Of a stretch of DNA of 64,000 bases, positions 12,230 to 26,969 are shown piece after piece. Every line of letters starts with the position of its first letter. The stretch's first letter is position 1. Both the position numbers and the translations under genes were made by a program. The DNA comes from Oikopleura dioica (Eukaryota; Animalia; Chordata). Where the stretch lies: contig OU015570.1 in assembly GCA_907165135.1 (NCBI GenBank), positions 1,302,001-1,366,000 on the forward strand. Direction: 5' to 3'. The notes beneath the pieces are model-generated. The model had not been told where the DNA came from and did not search any database. It saw only the letters and a list, made by a program, of their open reading frames with translations.

Positions 12230-14254
12230 TTTGAATTATCATTTCTATCGGGTCACTTAGAACAGATGGTCGAATAAATTGATTGTTGGCACAGATGATC
12301 TCCACTTTTGACGATTTTGTGTTGTGAACAAATGGGAGATTGGAATTAATTTAACTCTTTAAAGCACCCGTATCCAGGAACGCAACAAAATTGTTTTCAT
12401 TGGCATTGACGTAAATGAATTTCAGGTTGGAGAGGCCGTAGAACATATTCGGACAGGCAAGAACAGTTTCAGAGTCAGATAGTCATAAAAGTAACTTTGC
12501 ATAATCTCTGACTTGTGCAGGAATTTCTTGCTGCGGAGCATGTTGATACTTCCAGGAACTTCCGAATTTGCATTCACCAGTGCTCGTTTATTTCAAGCAA
12601 AACCCTTGGGCCTTATCAAGATCAATTTTGGCTTACATCTTTACACCTATAGGTTTTGACCTTTTGCTTTGGCTTGCTTGCTCAGTCTTGAATTTCGCGA
12701 ATTCCTCGGTTAGCTTACGAAGTGCTTTGGCGATATTGTCAGTATCACGTGGTTTGGTCATTGCTGCGAAGTTCAGCTCCTTTCGCTTGTAGCTTCTTAC
12801 CACTACATTTGCTCTCTTGCAAATCATTGATTCATTGAAACTTGTTCTTTCTCTAAGCAGGAGTTTTCGCAATCGATTGTCTTGAGCAGCGCAGAATTTC
12901 TCGACAAACAGCTCATTATCTTGCGCTCTAAGGGTTTTGATATTGTAACCCTGACGATAGAAGGATTGCAGCTTTGCCATGTCAACTCCAAAACTATCTG
13001 ATCCACGCTGGTAGTTCTCGTACAGATGTTTCCAGTGATCTCGTTAAAAGCCCAAATTATCTTCAAGTTTTTCCTTGGAAACAGTCCATTTTTAAGCTCG
13101 TTAACGTTGAGTAAAGCAATGATGTGTGAGCCTTTTTCTCGGAAAGCAATGAGCTGAGGGCGCATGGGATCAGTACTTCGTCGTTAAGCGCAAAAACTCG
13201 GCCATAAATCTCAATGTTTCGAATCCAAGCTCCGATTGGGAGGTTCGAATCATATTTTGGCGTTTTTACTCGAGGATTGTTCGATCCAAATTTTCGCAAA
13301 TCTTCACGTGTTTACTTGCGCTTTTGTCCGCCGTAACGAGTTTATTCTTAGCTTGCTTTGGCTCTGACTTAATTTTTGGCTCAGGCCTAATGTTTTCCCG
13401 CCTAGCCCTCGTGTTGGGTTTGATCGCGATATATGCCGACGCTTGGGAATCAGATGTATCGCTTTCAGTGTCACTTCCACTGCTTACATCTGTCTCGTCG
13501 ATATCAGATTGGGTTGCAATTATCTCTTCTAATGTTTTCGCCTCCGCAATTGATAAGATTTTCTCGATCGACAGTTTGTGGTGGCGTTTGCTGAATCGTT
13601 GGTTGTCGCGGGGCTTTCCATAGTTCTTCAGAGACTCTTTTTCTCCCGTATCTAGCTCACGAAAAACGAATTTCGGATCGTTCTCGAAGAAGTGGTCCTT
13701 GAGTCGGAATATGTTCAATACGCAATTTTTTGTCCACAGCTGGATAGTGAACAGGTTATTTTTTCGTCTCGAAAGAATCTTAGATGGGCAAAAGTTCACG
13801 CTTGCTCAAATCCTCGGTTTTCTTGAAATATGTTCCCGACATATTTTCAGCAGCTCTCTAATCTAGCAGCTCTCTTTGAAAATCGTTTTTATTCAGTCAC
13901 TTATTTGTAGTGCTTTAAGCAAATGCAAGAAAGACACAAAAAGAAAAGTTAGATTGGTATTTGGTTTATTGACCACAATGGGTAGAGTGGTAGTGATGAG
14001 GAAAGGTTAACATTGACTCTTTATATAGTTTTTAGGCTTCCCATGAAATCTTCTAGTTGACAGGTAAAATAGAGTAGTCAGCCGGCGGCGGAGCGTAGTT
14101 GGTGGGTGACGGAGCGTAGCTCGCCGGACTCGAGATAAATTCCACGGGAATTGTAGCGCTTTTCGCGGGAAATGTGAAATTGGGCACGCGGCGTCAGAAA
14201 GTCGAGCCAGAATAAATTGCCTCAGGCGCGTAAATCGAGTATTTTTGTGAAACA
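12230..14254 (-). mobile_element. Truncated Ty3/Gypsy remnant (candidate 5' LTR, gag with CCCH finger, protease)
   Basis: Capsid-like PKYDSNLPIGAWIRNIEIYGRVFALNDEVLIPCAL; decayed CCCH finger (12543-12602); protease FVAFLDTGA (~12365-12390); candidate TG..CA LTR 13979-14254 followed by TGG at 13975. Confidence 0.7.
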
Positions 14255-15055
14255 CTATAAGATTTTTTATTCAATTCCGAGCGAGAATGATCATCTCAGC
14301 CAGTATTTATGCATAGGGCTTCCGTATAAAAAATTGTTTTTGATTCCGTTCATTGTTTCCTTAAATAATTATGGGAGGGATAATTCAATATAAGAAAAGG
14401 TTTTGTTTGCAAATAAACAAGGACAAATTGAATTTTAATAATCATGGGTGTGGGTGGGGTTGGGGACATAACTGAGATTGATCAACTCAGAGTTCCAGCC
14501 CTTTGTCAAGCTCCTAAAATTTAAAAATCATGGAACGGGGCTGAGACGAAGATTGACATTCTTCTTTATTCTTAACTTTTCTTCTATATGTCTTCCACCA
14601 AAAGTCCTCCGGAGATCTCCAAGAGGTCCTCCGGAGGTCACATGATAGCATTTTGTTTTTATAAATACATTATAGTATACATAATTATTGTTGGTTGATT
14701 TGTTAAATTATTTTTAATTTTTACATGTCTTCTTCATAAAAGCTTCTTCCAGCAAAAGTCCTCCGGAGGACTTTTTTAAAACCATAAAATCTTTATATCA
14801 AATTTATACCGCGATTATCATTCCTGAATGACGGACAGTCACGGACTCTCAAGTCGTTTGGACATTTTCAATGCAAAATTTGTCCGAACGAGCGAAAATT
14901 GCGTGGGCGGCCCTGATTGTCCCGTCACTCAGAAATGATAATCATGGTATCTTATTTTAGATTTTTTATTGCATATGCAATAAATTTTTTTTAAGAAATC
15001 TAGGTTTTTGAGTATGCCCTTTCGCCTATCTAAAAATGAAAAAAGGTCGTAAGTT

Positions 15056-15803
15056 GTCACCTGGGAACCAGGTTCCAAGATTAGAAAATTTTGCCAATCT
15101 GGGAACCCGGTTCCAAGATTCGATTTTATTTCTAATCTGGGAACTTAAGTTCCAAGATTGGAAAAATTTTCGAATCTTGGAACCAAGTTCCCAGGTGACA
15201 ACGACGGCCAGTAAAGCGAATCTTGGAACCTCATTATGTCACTGATTGTGCTGATTCTAGATGCAAAATCTCTATTTATTATATTATTTGTAATGAATTT
15301 TTCACATAATTGGCTAATTCTGACCATAATTAAATAAAGAACCCTGTTACCTTTACCTTGGAAGACTCGCCTCTCGCGTTAAACTATTCTGTATTTTTGT
15401 CGAGTGCCCCTTATTAGTGTAAAACACTAATAATTAACACAATGTTAATAATTAATAAACACTTATTTGAAATAAAGCAAATATCCCAATAAATGAAACT
15501 TTAGACCAATATTAACCTTACTAACTTTACAGTCAAAGAGCGGGAGTGCGCTCCGCGCCTGTCTTACAGTAAATCTCAGGTTTGACAGTGTCAAAACCGT
15601 AAAAAAGGTCATTTTTTGCAAAGAAAAGGTTCCAAGATTCGCTTTACTGGCCGTCGTTGTCACCTGGGAACTTGGTTCCAAGATTCGAAAATTTTTCCAA
15701 TCTTGGAACTTAAGTTCCCAGATTAGAAATAAAATCGAATCTTGGAACCGGGTTCCAAGATTGGTAAAAATTATAATCTGGGAACCTGGTTCCCAGGTGA
15801 CAG
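15056..15803. mobile_element. MITE with TTCCAAGATT-rich arms
   Basis: TGTCACCTGGGAACC ... GGTTCCCAGGTGACA; 15056-15232 is inverted relative to 15628-15803. Confidence 0.65.
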
Positions 15804-16843
15804 CATACCACCGAAAAAATCGACAAGGGACGAGACGAGAAAATCAGTTTTCTCATTTTAACAATCACGTGCGTGGATAAAATTATTTTTTCATAATGAA
15901 AATTTTTCTCCACTGAAAAATACATTCCCCCGAATTTCAAACAATTCGGTCAGCCCAGTTAAAATTTTGGTTTTTATACGGAAGCCCCAGTGTTGGAAAA
16001 ATCCGCCCGCGAACCCCGCGGGGGCGGCGGGCGGGGCTGCGGGCCCCCGCGCCCGCCCGCCAAGAAATTTCTGATTTGGCCCCCGCGCCCGCCCGCGCCC
16101 GTACAAAATTTTTAAGAGCGCCCGGGGCCCCCAGGCGTCGTTATAATTCCTTTTCCTCGATTTTAATTTTAATTGAGCTTGACGGCCCGAATTGTTGATT
16201 CCCCCCCTCCCTCGCTCCTTCGTTTTTGAGTTAAAAGGATCACCCCCTATATATAGGCTTTGCATTAGAAAAATCGTCATTTTTTCTAGGTGTGCGGGGT
16301 TGTTTTTTATAAGTGGAGGTGAAATTTTTGGGGGAGACGATTTTCAGGGGGTCAAAATCGTGAAAATTGTGCATTTTCTAGTTTTTGGCCCCGAATTTCG
16401 TCGGATCACCCCCTTTTCATAATTCTGGCATAAAAGGATGAAAGAGCAGACATTTTTACACTAGAATCAAGAAAAACGATTATAAATAGGAAGAAAATTT
16501 CGAGCTATGCTTAAGAGAAAGATCCAAACATAGCATTTTTTGGCCATTTTTTCGCCATTTTTTCATGATTAAAATAAATGAATAAATGACCTTCCTCGGC
16601 CAGTTAAGGGACACTTTAGGCCAACTTCGGTCAGTTTGTGCCGGAGGACCTCCCGGAGGACCCTTCTGCTGGAAGACAGGTTGCTGGAAGACAAATATTT
16701 AAAAATTAAATACAAATGAAAAATGATGCCTTGAATAGAAAGTAATTGCCATATTTGGCCATTTATTGCAGAAGGACCTCCCGGAGGATCCTCTTACTGG
16801 AAGACAAACCAAACTGCTTGAAAACCAAAATAAAGAAAAGGTC

Positions 16844-17268
16844 TGTAGTGGTTTTCCTACTGTTTTCGCTTTGAAATATGGGATTCTAGCGCGCGTGGTC
16901 AACGTTATTTTGCTCCGTGAGCCGTGACGCGCCCAACGCCACGGCTTTCACTCCATCATACCTTGACAGCTCGCCCCTCTCTATTCAAGCGTTGGCGATA
17001 TGGCCAACGCCGAGTTCGTACGACCAAGTCTAAGTCCGTGCCACCGATGAGTGGTGTCCTACACAATAAAAACGACTGTACCTCTAAAATTTTATCATTC
17101 TTTTCCCTGACTTCACAGGTATAACATAAAATATAATATATATATTTTATATATTACATATTCGAGATTGATTCCCGTGTTCCAATTGTATATTTAGTAT
17201 AAAACCACCATATATTTTGGTGACTGAATTCATCGGTACGCCCAACAAGAAAGATATAAGAGAGATTG
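16844..17268 (+). mobile_element. LTR plus PBS plus short leader of the 26527-34503 Gypsy family (internal region deleted)
   Basis: TGTAGTGGTTTT...AAAACCACCA (16844-17210), then TGGTGACTGAAT at 17218; inverted match to 26527-26918 and 34255-34503. Confidence 0.8.
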
Positions 17269-17889
17269 CTGGAAGACAAATATTTAAAAATTAAATACAA
17301 ATGAAAAATGATGCCTTGAATAGAAAGTAATGGCCATATTTGGCCATTTATTGCCGGAGGACCTCCCGGAGGACCCTCGTAGTGGAAGACCAACCAAACT
17401 GCTTGAAAACCAAAATAAAGAAAAGATCAATAAAGAGCCTTGAATTTCTACAATTTCCTACGTTCGGCGACTCTGAGTCACTTAATGCCGGAGGAACTCC
17501 TGGAGGACCCCTCTGCTGGAAGACGGGTTGCTGGAAGACAGGTTGCTTGAAGACAAATATTTAAAAATTAAATGCAAATGAAATATGAAGCCTTGATTGA
17601 ACAGATATTGCCACATTTTGCCATTTATTGCCGGACAAAATCCCGGAGGACTCTCTCACTGGAAGACCTACCAGACTGCTTGAAAACAAAAATAAAGAAA
17701 AGATCAATAAAGAGCTTTAAATGTTCACAAGTTTCCACGTTCGGCCACTTTAAGTAACTTTATTCCGGAGGACAACCTGGAGGAACCTTCGGGTGGAAGA
17801 CTTACAGCTTGAAGACCAAATGATCGGTTTATTCACGAGATTAAAGTGGAGTTTACTTAAAAGTGCCTGAAACAGCCCCCTTTCTTGAA

Positions 17890-18300
17890 TTCAGTTAGGT
17901 AAGGGGCCAAGCCGACCCGAAGGGGAGGCCATCTCCATCACTAAAATTCAAGCAGGTAAGGGGCCTAGCCGACCCAAAGGGGAGCCCGTCCCGTAGCTAG
18001 AATTCAGTCAGGAAAGGGCCTAGCCGACCCGAAGGGGAGGCCAGTGTCGTCGCTAGAATTCAGTCAGGTAAGGGGCCAAGCCGACCCGAAGGGGAGGCCA
18101 GTGTCGTCGCTAGAATTCAGTCAGGTAAGGGGCCAAGCCGACCCGAAGGTAAGGCCAGCCCCGTTTCTTGAATTCAGTAAGATTGGGGGCCAAGCCGACC
18201 CGTAGGGAGGCTAGTCTCGTCGCTAGAATTCAGTCAGGTGAGGAGCCAAGCCGACCCGAAGGGGAGGTCAGCCCGCTAATTAAATTCAGTTTCGGCCCCT
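17890..18300 (+). repeat. 57-bp tandem satellite (~7 units) in the left TIR arm
   Basis: Unit CCAAGCCGACCCGAAGGGGAGGCCAGTGTCGTCGCTAGAATTCAGTCAGGTAAGGGG; unit starts at 18076 and 18133. Confidence 0.9.
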
Positions 18301-18559
18301 CAACTGACTAAATTCTAGCGACGGGGCTTTAAATTTATTTTTTAATCTTAAATTTAAATAGCCTTGTCATTTTATTGGGACTAAGGTTAAACCCAAAAAA
18401 AATTAATTTAAAGCTTATTACATCATTGGTTAGCGAAAAGGGCGACATTTCGTCAATGGCAATATGACACGTCTTTATTGTCTTTGGGCTATTGCTTGAC
18501 TGGCGACTTTTATAGGGCGCTGATCAATATTCGGCAACCTTAAAAGCACATTATTTTTT

Positions 18560-21500
18560 CCCAAAAAATGAGAGTTTTTTTTTCTTCTTTCCTTCTTTTC
18601 GATGTCTCTTGCAACAATGAACGTTTACCTCTGACCTTTCGAAGGTTGATTACAGTAATGCTAAACGATCAAAGTGAATTTGCTTCCCAATTTCTGAAAA
18701 ATATCAATCGGAAAGCTACCACTCCTGGTATTCATATACGTAAAGAGAACGGACAATTCCAGAGCTACAAGAGTAAGAATACGTTAACATAAAATTTTTG
18801 GAAAGAAATCCAGGTACATCAAAAAATGCAAGAGAAAATTTGGAGCGCCTCTGATTGCATCGTCTGGCCAATAGAGACAAGCAATTTCAAACGCAAAACT
18901 GGTTATCTGCTAGATTCAGAAAAAAACCTGATACTGGACGATCAACACAAGCGAAGAGAAAAAGCCGACAGGTTTGATTCTTTTTGTTCCATTAACAGGG
19001 TGGTCAATTTTGCCTAGGCTTTGCCAATCTGTGATTCCGTAGAATCATGAATCCGGTCTTGCGATCGACTACTCATTTTACTTTTACGGGCCAGCTTAAT
19101 GATTAAATAAGGATTCATGAGTTAACGCTTTATTTGTTTTGTAGAAAACTTACAATTTGGATCACGATGATGAAGAGCCTCCTGCTAAAATTGCATGAGA
19201 AGGAATCGTCGATTGTGCTGAAATGACGGAAATGAGAACAAAATTCGAAAATTCTGTGAAAAATAATGATGAAAGTGGCGCGTCTGCCGATTCTGGTTCA
19301 AACGACAAACATATCTGCCGTTTTCTATTTTCTAAAGAAGAATGTGGACCTGAGACGTATTCGGAAAAACTTGATGCTAGGAATGAATGACATTGCGTTA
19401 GAATCACTTATTCCTGATTTTTTCTAAGCCTCATTCTTCGAAAGGAGATCAAAAATTCAGATTAAATATATTTTGGTTATTTGATCACCCTTTGTCATAC
19501 TTTTAAAAGAGGACAATCAACCAAAATGTTTAACTTGAGACTTTCTGAAATGATAATCATGTTTCTCCTGAATGGCGACAGGTTTTTTCAATTTTTATCT
19601 CTTTAAAATAGTGTTATTAAGACCTGCAGTTATTCATCGTTTTTTCAATCGTTTACCGGCTTATCTTCATTGTTTGGACAAATTTGATAAAAACTCTTTA
19701 GATGAGAATTGCAAAGTATATTAAGGGATTTTTTTCATTGATTTTATTAATTTATATTAAGATTTCTTTTTTGAGCTTATTGCTTATTGAAAAGAAAATT
19801 TGCTGCAGTTTTACAAGTGTCTCGACATGAAACTCATAAATTCTTATGAATTAAAATTTTATCAAAGAATAATTTGCAAGTCCGGAATAGATATTCTAGC
19901 ACAGCGTACTATTTATACTTATCAAGGAAAGGCTTTTTATATTATGATCTCTTTTTTAAATATACAAATAATACTATAAAAAATCTTTCGATAGATACTT
20001 TCCCAACGATAAGGTTCAAATTAATTTTGTATTTTGAAAGTCAATTTTATTAATTAATTTTTAGAAAAGGTCATTTCTGATGTTTTTAAGCACCGACAAG
20101 CAGTCATGTTTGGGAGTGGCTGGCGCCCTCTCTATTTATTAAAAATCCGAATTCCTCAACAAGGCCTGTGAAGCTCCAAAACTGAGATAAAACAGGCCTA
20201 ACAAGGGCTCATCTTTTTTCGGGGCACGTTACTTTCTTAATAAGGGGCGCTCTGTCTCTGCTAAAAACTTTAGAATGGCTTTCGTATTTCCATAAATCGA
20301 ATTTGTAATTTGATGTCATATTTGAACTCTGCGTTTTAATTCTGGAGATTCAATTGGAAAATTTTGTTCGGAGGGCGAAAGAACTAACAATTGGAGTTGA
20401 CGCCACAACAACAAACAGGAGAGGTCGAGATAACGTCGGGAAAATGGACTTATCATAAAAATTTAAAATTGTGATCAATGTCACGTTTTATTTTGAGGCG
20501 CTTCCAACGCTGCTGAAAGCAGTGTGTAGGCGAGACCAAGCGATTTTAATCGAATGACCGGCGATTCGATACCCTGAGCGATAAAAATGGAAAGGGTAAA
20601 CGCTTTTATATCTTGACCTTAAGAAAAGGAATACTCCACTCGGTAAATAAAATGTCGACTCCTTACTTCTCAAAACACCTTGTCCTTTATTGAACCACGG
20701 CGCCCTCTGTCATTCCCGTTATTATAATTAAGTTGTCATAATGCTCACAGACGAAAAACACGAATGGATAACATTTACTTGTTTTCAACAGTTACAAAAA
20801 GATGGCGATTCTCTTGGTGACAAAGTGATGGAAAAGCTTCAGGAAGTTTCATACTCAGAAGAGCTTCTTAAAACGATAAAGGTGAAGAATTTGAATTGTT
20901 TTTGTAAGTAAGACGATTTCTTTAGTTTATACGTAGCGACTCAGCAAAATCTCAAGTTCGTGCCAATTCGCGAATTCAACTGAAATTTCGCGAAAAAGGT
21001 TTGCCTGTTCCTCATTTGATGCGATGCCAAATGCATTGTAAGCAATCGCCCCAAACTCCCTTAAGTCAAAAAATATTCTCTAAATTTATTGAAATCTGGC
21101 AAAGGATCGGTCAAAAATAAAAAAAAATACTATTAATTCTTTAAATTGACTGTGCTTCAATTTTTGATTTTTTTCGACCTTCATCTGAAGTATGCTTTGG
21201 GTCAAGGATAATTTCAGGAAATTCGCAGGTAAGGACTTATTTTTATTTTGATTCTCACTTTTTTTTTAAAGCACGATCTCAAGCATCAGCTTATCGGTCA
21301 GAAAGCCGATTAGCAACAAATCCATTTTTGTGGATCCGATTGACAATTATTCCACCTTAACGAGGAATTGTTTACTACGGATCTCCGGTAGTTATATTTT
21401 TTCTTTCAACCGCGTTAATTTTCATAGCGCGCGCTTCCAAGCGAATAATCAAAATTCGAAGGCCTTTTAGCTGCATCACAAGCTTGTTCATGAAATAACG

Positions 21501-24100
21501 AAGAAATATGTAAGAAAATCGATACTCTGAAAAATTGAAAAGATACAAATTTTTTAAGCCACAGAAAAAATATGCAGAAAACATTAATAAGCTGATGATT
21601 TCTCAAGCTGATGATAACAAGAATCAGGTTGATTTTTTGTATGAATTTCGCGGTGATGAATAATTTTGATTGCCAGAACATTCATAAACTTAACCCAATT
21701 TTCAAAATATCAACCTATACAGTCCTTTTTGGAACTCGGTTCGTAAACAAGAGATGAATTATGGATGCTTAAAAAATGCATACAGGAATCTTCTCTTCGC
21801 GGATAATAATCTAGACCTATTATGTGATCGAAAATTATTATTTTTCTGACTTTAAAAAAAGTACAGTTTGAAGCACTTTTAAGGCCGGCCCTTTTAAGGC
21901 CACTTTTTCGAAAAATTCCCAAAATCTGTCATCCTAAAAAAATCCACTTTAAGGCCACTTTCCCTTCAATTTCAGTTCAAAATCCGAAAGTTACAGTGTT
22001 ACTTGAAAAAGCTTGTTATCTTCGACTGCGTGATGCCTTGTGTTTTTATCTTTATTTTTCTTTTTTGGTATTCTTCGATGTTTTTTCTCACTTTTTTCAA
22101 TTGACGATAATTTCTTACGGTCTTGTTTGAATTTTCACTTAGATTTTGAGTCCAAGTGTTTCAATCTATGATCATTATATAGGCGTGTAAAAATACGCAG
22201 AGGAATGTCTTAACCATTTTCTTTCGAAAAAGCTCAGTAATTGTCTTCTTCACGTCACTTATCTTTGACGTCTTCACTAGAATCTCTTCTTATCTTTTTT
22301 CTATGCATTTGCCATGTTAGTTCTTTTTTAAGACATGCTTTACGAATATTATTTTTTAAAAAATGAAAGAAAGAATCATGTTGAGTTCAATTTAAAGGAC
22401 ACATTCTGAAAAAGGCTACCATTCATACTTTGTTCGGGCGAAAAAATAAAACTATTTCTATTTTTATGGAAAAAAGTTGAATTATATTCCAAAAACAGTG
22501 AAAGAAAGTTAAATGCCGAATAACTTTATGAACCCTCATTTATCTTTTTTCCCAAAAAAGGAAAAAATCTGTTGCCATCCGACTCGAGACAAAAAATATC
22601 CATTTTAAGGCCACTTTTGAAATTCGCTGTCATCCGAAAATCGGCCTTAAAAGTGCTTCACACTGTAATATGCGTAAAAAACTGGAATTCGTGCAATCAA
22701 GACAACATGAAGACGAGTTTCCCATACCAACGAATCCAGCAAGCTGTTACAGGTTCTCTTTTTTATTTTTTCCCGAAGAAATAATATAACAAGGGGTCTT
22801 TTTTCGCCTTTTGGCTCTTGCAAAGGAAGCTGCTGCGTCCAATAAAAATGAAGATAATGAGCTGATGGAAGAGATTGGGAGCAACGCCAGGGCTTCAGCG
22901 ATCTTGGAAAACCTTGTTGAGCAGCTAACGAATAAAGAAATCGCGAGTATCGATGCTGACTGTGAGACCTTCTCGAAAATATCCCTTTATTTAGTTTCTT
23001 TTGTGCATAATGGACTTATTGATATTTTCACGAAATTTGAAATCGAAGAAAAGGAGGTAGAATCCCTTAACCTCGAAGAAAATCACCCGATCAATCCAAC
23101 TTATCAGTAGTTTGGTCAAAAATGAATATTATGACAAATAATTTCGAATCAAATTATCGACTCATAATAAAGAAGGCTTCTTCTCCACCTACAAACAAAA
23201 TGAAATCGGCGACTTCAGAACAACAAATACGCATCTTAAATTAAAGTCAATGGTAAAATTAATATTCAAAATTTGTGCTGTATTCTTTAAGGTTAAAACA
23301 AGTAAAACTCAAACTTGGTTGGCAGGGCTTGATGAGGAAGAGAGAAAAAAAGGTCTGATAACTGCACTCCGCCATCGAAAGCTTGTTCAAACAAAAAACG
23401 CAGAATCGGAAAAATTGGAAAAAGAGGAGTTTCTTCCAAAACTTCAGCAAACTCAAGCCGATGTTGATAGAAGAAAGAATAAGGAAATCAATCAAATGCA
23501 AAATCATCGATGCCGGCGTGATAACAGCGAGACTGATCATTGCAATCACAATATTTTTTCTGTCATGGCAGCGGCGCCTGGAAAATCATATAAGTCCGGA
23601 AAAAGTTTCAATTTTGAAACTTTCTTTAATGAAACTAAATTTCAAATCAATCTTTTCGGTAATTAAAGATTGTAATCTCACTCATACTTTATATAGATAA
23701 GATGTTTGATCAAAACGACGATCAACTCTCAAAAAATGTGGAAAATCTTTCGACGAACCTCATTCGACTTTATTCTAAGGCGCGGCTTTTCAGAAAGAAA
23801 AATCATCATAAATTGTTGTAATGGTTGCGATCAGCCCGATTTTGCCAGAAATACAGTCCTTACGGACAATTTTTGAACCCACAATTGCGGAAACAATTGA
23901 CCGAAAATTTTTTCCATTTAAAAACTCACGAACCCTGTCCAACGAACCTAGTCATCAACCCATTTCCTACACAGAATCTTGATCAGCAGTCAAATTATGA
24001 AATTTATTTGAAAGACCGAATATCGCATTGAAAAGCCTTTAAAGATTTAATGAAAATTCTTATGTTCTAAAATGCAAAACAAGTGAATTCCAAGTCCAAA
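18560..24100 (+). pseudogene. Decayed multi-exon DDE transposase with CxxH motif
   Basis: Motifs in order: LTIGVDATT (D at 20399), MTGDS (D at 20563), RCQMH (21025-21036), SARFQANNQNSKAF, TNNFES (E at 23146), KTQTWL. Many stops and frameshifts; short GT-AG introns. Confidence 0.6.
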
Positions 24101-25544
24101 AAGATGGAAACAGTTGGTTCCAGCTACAACTACTAAGAAAAAGAGGGTCGAAAATCAGAATTATGCTCTTGCAAAATGATTCTCCATACTGTACCCAGGA
24201 TATTTATCTTAACTTATTATCGATTTTACCGAAAGGGTGTACGACTTTATCTAGTCATAACTATGTTAATTTTACAAGTGACGTAAAAGTCATTGAAAGC
24301 AAAACTTTCTTTGAGAAATAAAAATATCAATTCAAGTTTTATTTACTTACACATGATTTTGAATGACAGCAATAAGCCTGTTGAGGAGTAAGGATGAAGA
24401 ATCTCTTTCTGCCTTTAATTTTTTCAAAAATTCTTCAAAAAATATCAAGTCCAAGCAAAATAACCTGTGGGCCTCCCGCCGAAGAGCCCTCACCCGCTTG
24501 CGGTCAGCCAGAATTGAATCGCGGTAAAAAAATAAATCGTATTAACTCATCGATCATTTATTGCTTTTTAAAACTCATTCACGGAGATTTTTCAGTCTGT
24601 TGAAATACAGTGTCGACCAATTTCATTATTTTACGTATCGCAATCTCTTAATAATATTTTTTAAGAAAAAAAAAAGAAATTATGATTTATTACTTCGTTT
24701 ATTTTTCAGTCGTGTTCCTCTATCATTGAAACCAAAAAATTTTTTCATGTTCAAATCATATTCACGAAGTTTCTCGCGTGAATCTGCGCATTGATTTTCA
24801 TAAATCTTCTGTAGGAATTTCACAAAAAAATTTTTCTACAAGAAAAAAAGATGAATTTAATTAGAACAAAAACATCGTGTCACAATTAAAAAATCTTGAC
24901 GACATCATGTTTGTTTCCGTTCCTTTATTTCGGCGCTTGTTTTCTGTCCTGGATAATTCTCGTCTTTTAATTGATTTTTATTTATGAATAATTTTTTTTT
25001 AATTAAAATAAATATTATTATGTATAATCAATTAACTTGAAGGCCAGCTTTTACACTGATTTCAAATGCGCAATTGCAAATTTTTTCATCATTTTCGTAG
25101 AAGCTCAAAAACTGCTTCGCTCTCTTCAAACAGGTCATAAAAATCATGTTATAACATTAAATATTTTATTTAAAACCGTTTCTCTACTGTTTGAGCAAAT
25201 GATTCTCTTCGGGTTGATTTCAATGGTAAATGAGAAAATTCGAAATCGTTAAGGCCAAAAGAAAGTCCAAAAAAGAGGGGAAAAAACATTTGCGATGACC
25301 GGATTTTCTTGAATGTTTCACTTTAATTCGAGGGATAGATCATCGAACCGTAAATGACAAAATAGCACGTCGAAAAGAATAAGGGCTTTTTGTTTATAGA
25401 AACGCGATGATCTTGAAAATTTTCATTAACCTTGTTGATGTTATTTCCTGATCATCCCTGGCAGAATCCAATTTTTTGAATAGCTTCCCTGAATGATTTA
25501 TTCGCTTTAAGATTCCTAGGAATTTGAAGTTGAGGGGCCGAAAC

Positions 25545-26060
25545 TGAATTTTATTAGCGGGCTGACCTCCCCTTCGGGTCGGCTTGGCTCCTCACCTGAC
25601 TGAATTCTAGCGACGATACTAGCCTCCCCTACGGGTCGGCTTGGCCCCCAATCTTACTGAATTCAAGAAACGGGGCTGGCCTTACCTTCGGGTCGGCTTG
25701 GCCCCTTACCTGACTGAATTCTAGCGACGACACTGGCCTCCCCTTCGGGTCGGCTTGGCCCCTTACCTGACTGAATTCTAGCGACGATACTGGCCTCCCC
25801 TTCGGGTCGGCTTGGCCCCTTACCGGACTGAATTCTAGGAACGGGACGCGCCTCCCCTTCGGGTCGGCTTTGCCTCTCACCAGACTGAATTCTATCAACG
25901 GGACGGGCCTTCCCTTCGGGTCGGCTAGGCCCCTTTCCTGACTGAATTCTAGCTACGGGACGGGCTCCCCTTTGGGTCGGCTAGGCCCCTTCCCTGCTTG
26001 AATTTTAGTGATGGAGATGGCCTCCCCTTCGGGTCGGCTTGGCCCCTTACCTAACTGAAT
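25545..26060 (-). repeat. 57-bp tandem satellite (~9 units) in the right TIR arm
   Basis: Reverse complement of the 17890-18300 array. Confidence 0.9.
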
Positions 26061-26969
26061 TCAAGAAAGGGGGCTGTTTCAGGCACTTTTAAGTAAACTC
26101 CACTTTAATCTCGTGAATAAACCGATCATTTGGTCTTCAAGCTGTAAGTCTTCCACCCGAAGGTTCCTCCAGGTTGTCCTCCGGAATAAAGTTACTTAAA
26201 GTGGCCGAACGTGGAAACTTGTGAACATTTAAAGCTCTTTATTGATCTTTTCTTTATTTTTGTTTTCAAGCAGTCTGGTTTGTCTTCCAGTGAAAGAGTC
26301 CTCCGGGATTTTGTCCGGCAATAAATGGCAAAATGTGGCAATATCTGTTCAATCAAGGCTTCATATTTCATTTGCATTTAATTTTTAAATATTTGTCTTC
26401 CAGCAACCTGTCTTCCAGCAACCCGTCTTCCAGCAGAGGGGTCCTCCAGGAGTTCCTCCGGCATTAAGTGACTCAGAGTCGCCGAACGTAGGAACTTGTA
26501 GAAATTCAAGGCTCTTTATTGATCTATGGTGGTTTTATACTGAATATAATTGGAAGACGGGAATCAATCTCGAATATGTTTATTCACCCTGATAGGTGTG
26601 AGCAAAAAATAATAAAATATATATATTATATTTTATGTTATACCTGTGAAGTCAGGGAAAAGAATGATAAAATTTTAGAGGTACAGTCGTTTTTATAGTG
26701 TAGGACACCACCCATCGGTGGCACGGACTTAGACTTGGTCGTACGAACTCGGCGTTGGCCATATCGCCAACGCGGGAATAGAGAGGGGCGAGCTGTCAAG
26801 GTATGATGGAGTGAAAGCCTTGGCGTTGGGCGCGTCACGGCTCACTGAGCAAAATTACGTTGACCACGCGCGCTAGAATCCCATATTTCGAAGCGAAAAC
26901 AGTAGGAAAACCACTACATATTTTCTCTTTTTATTTTTGAAGCGAAGGGTCCGTTGAGCGTAGAAATTT

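Noticed and set aside
17890-18300. Hammerhead-ribozyme satellite
   Set aside because: No CUGAUGA...GAAA core in either orientation; CTGACTGA only resembles it.
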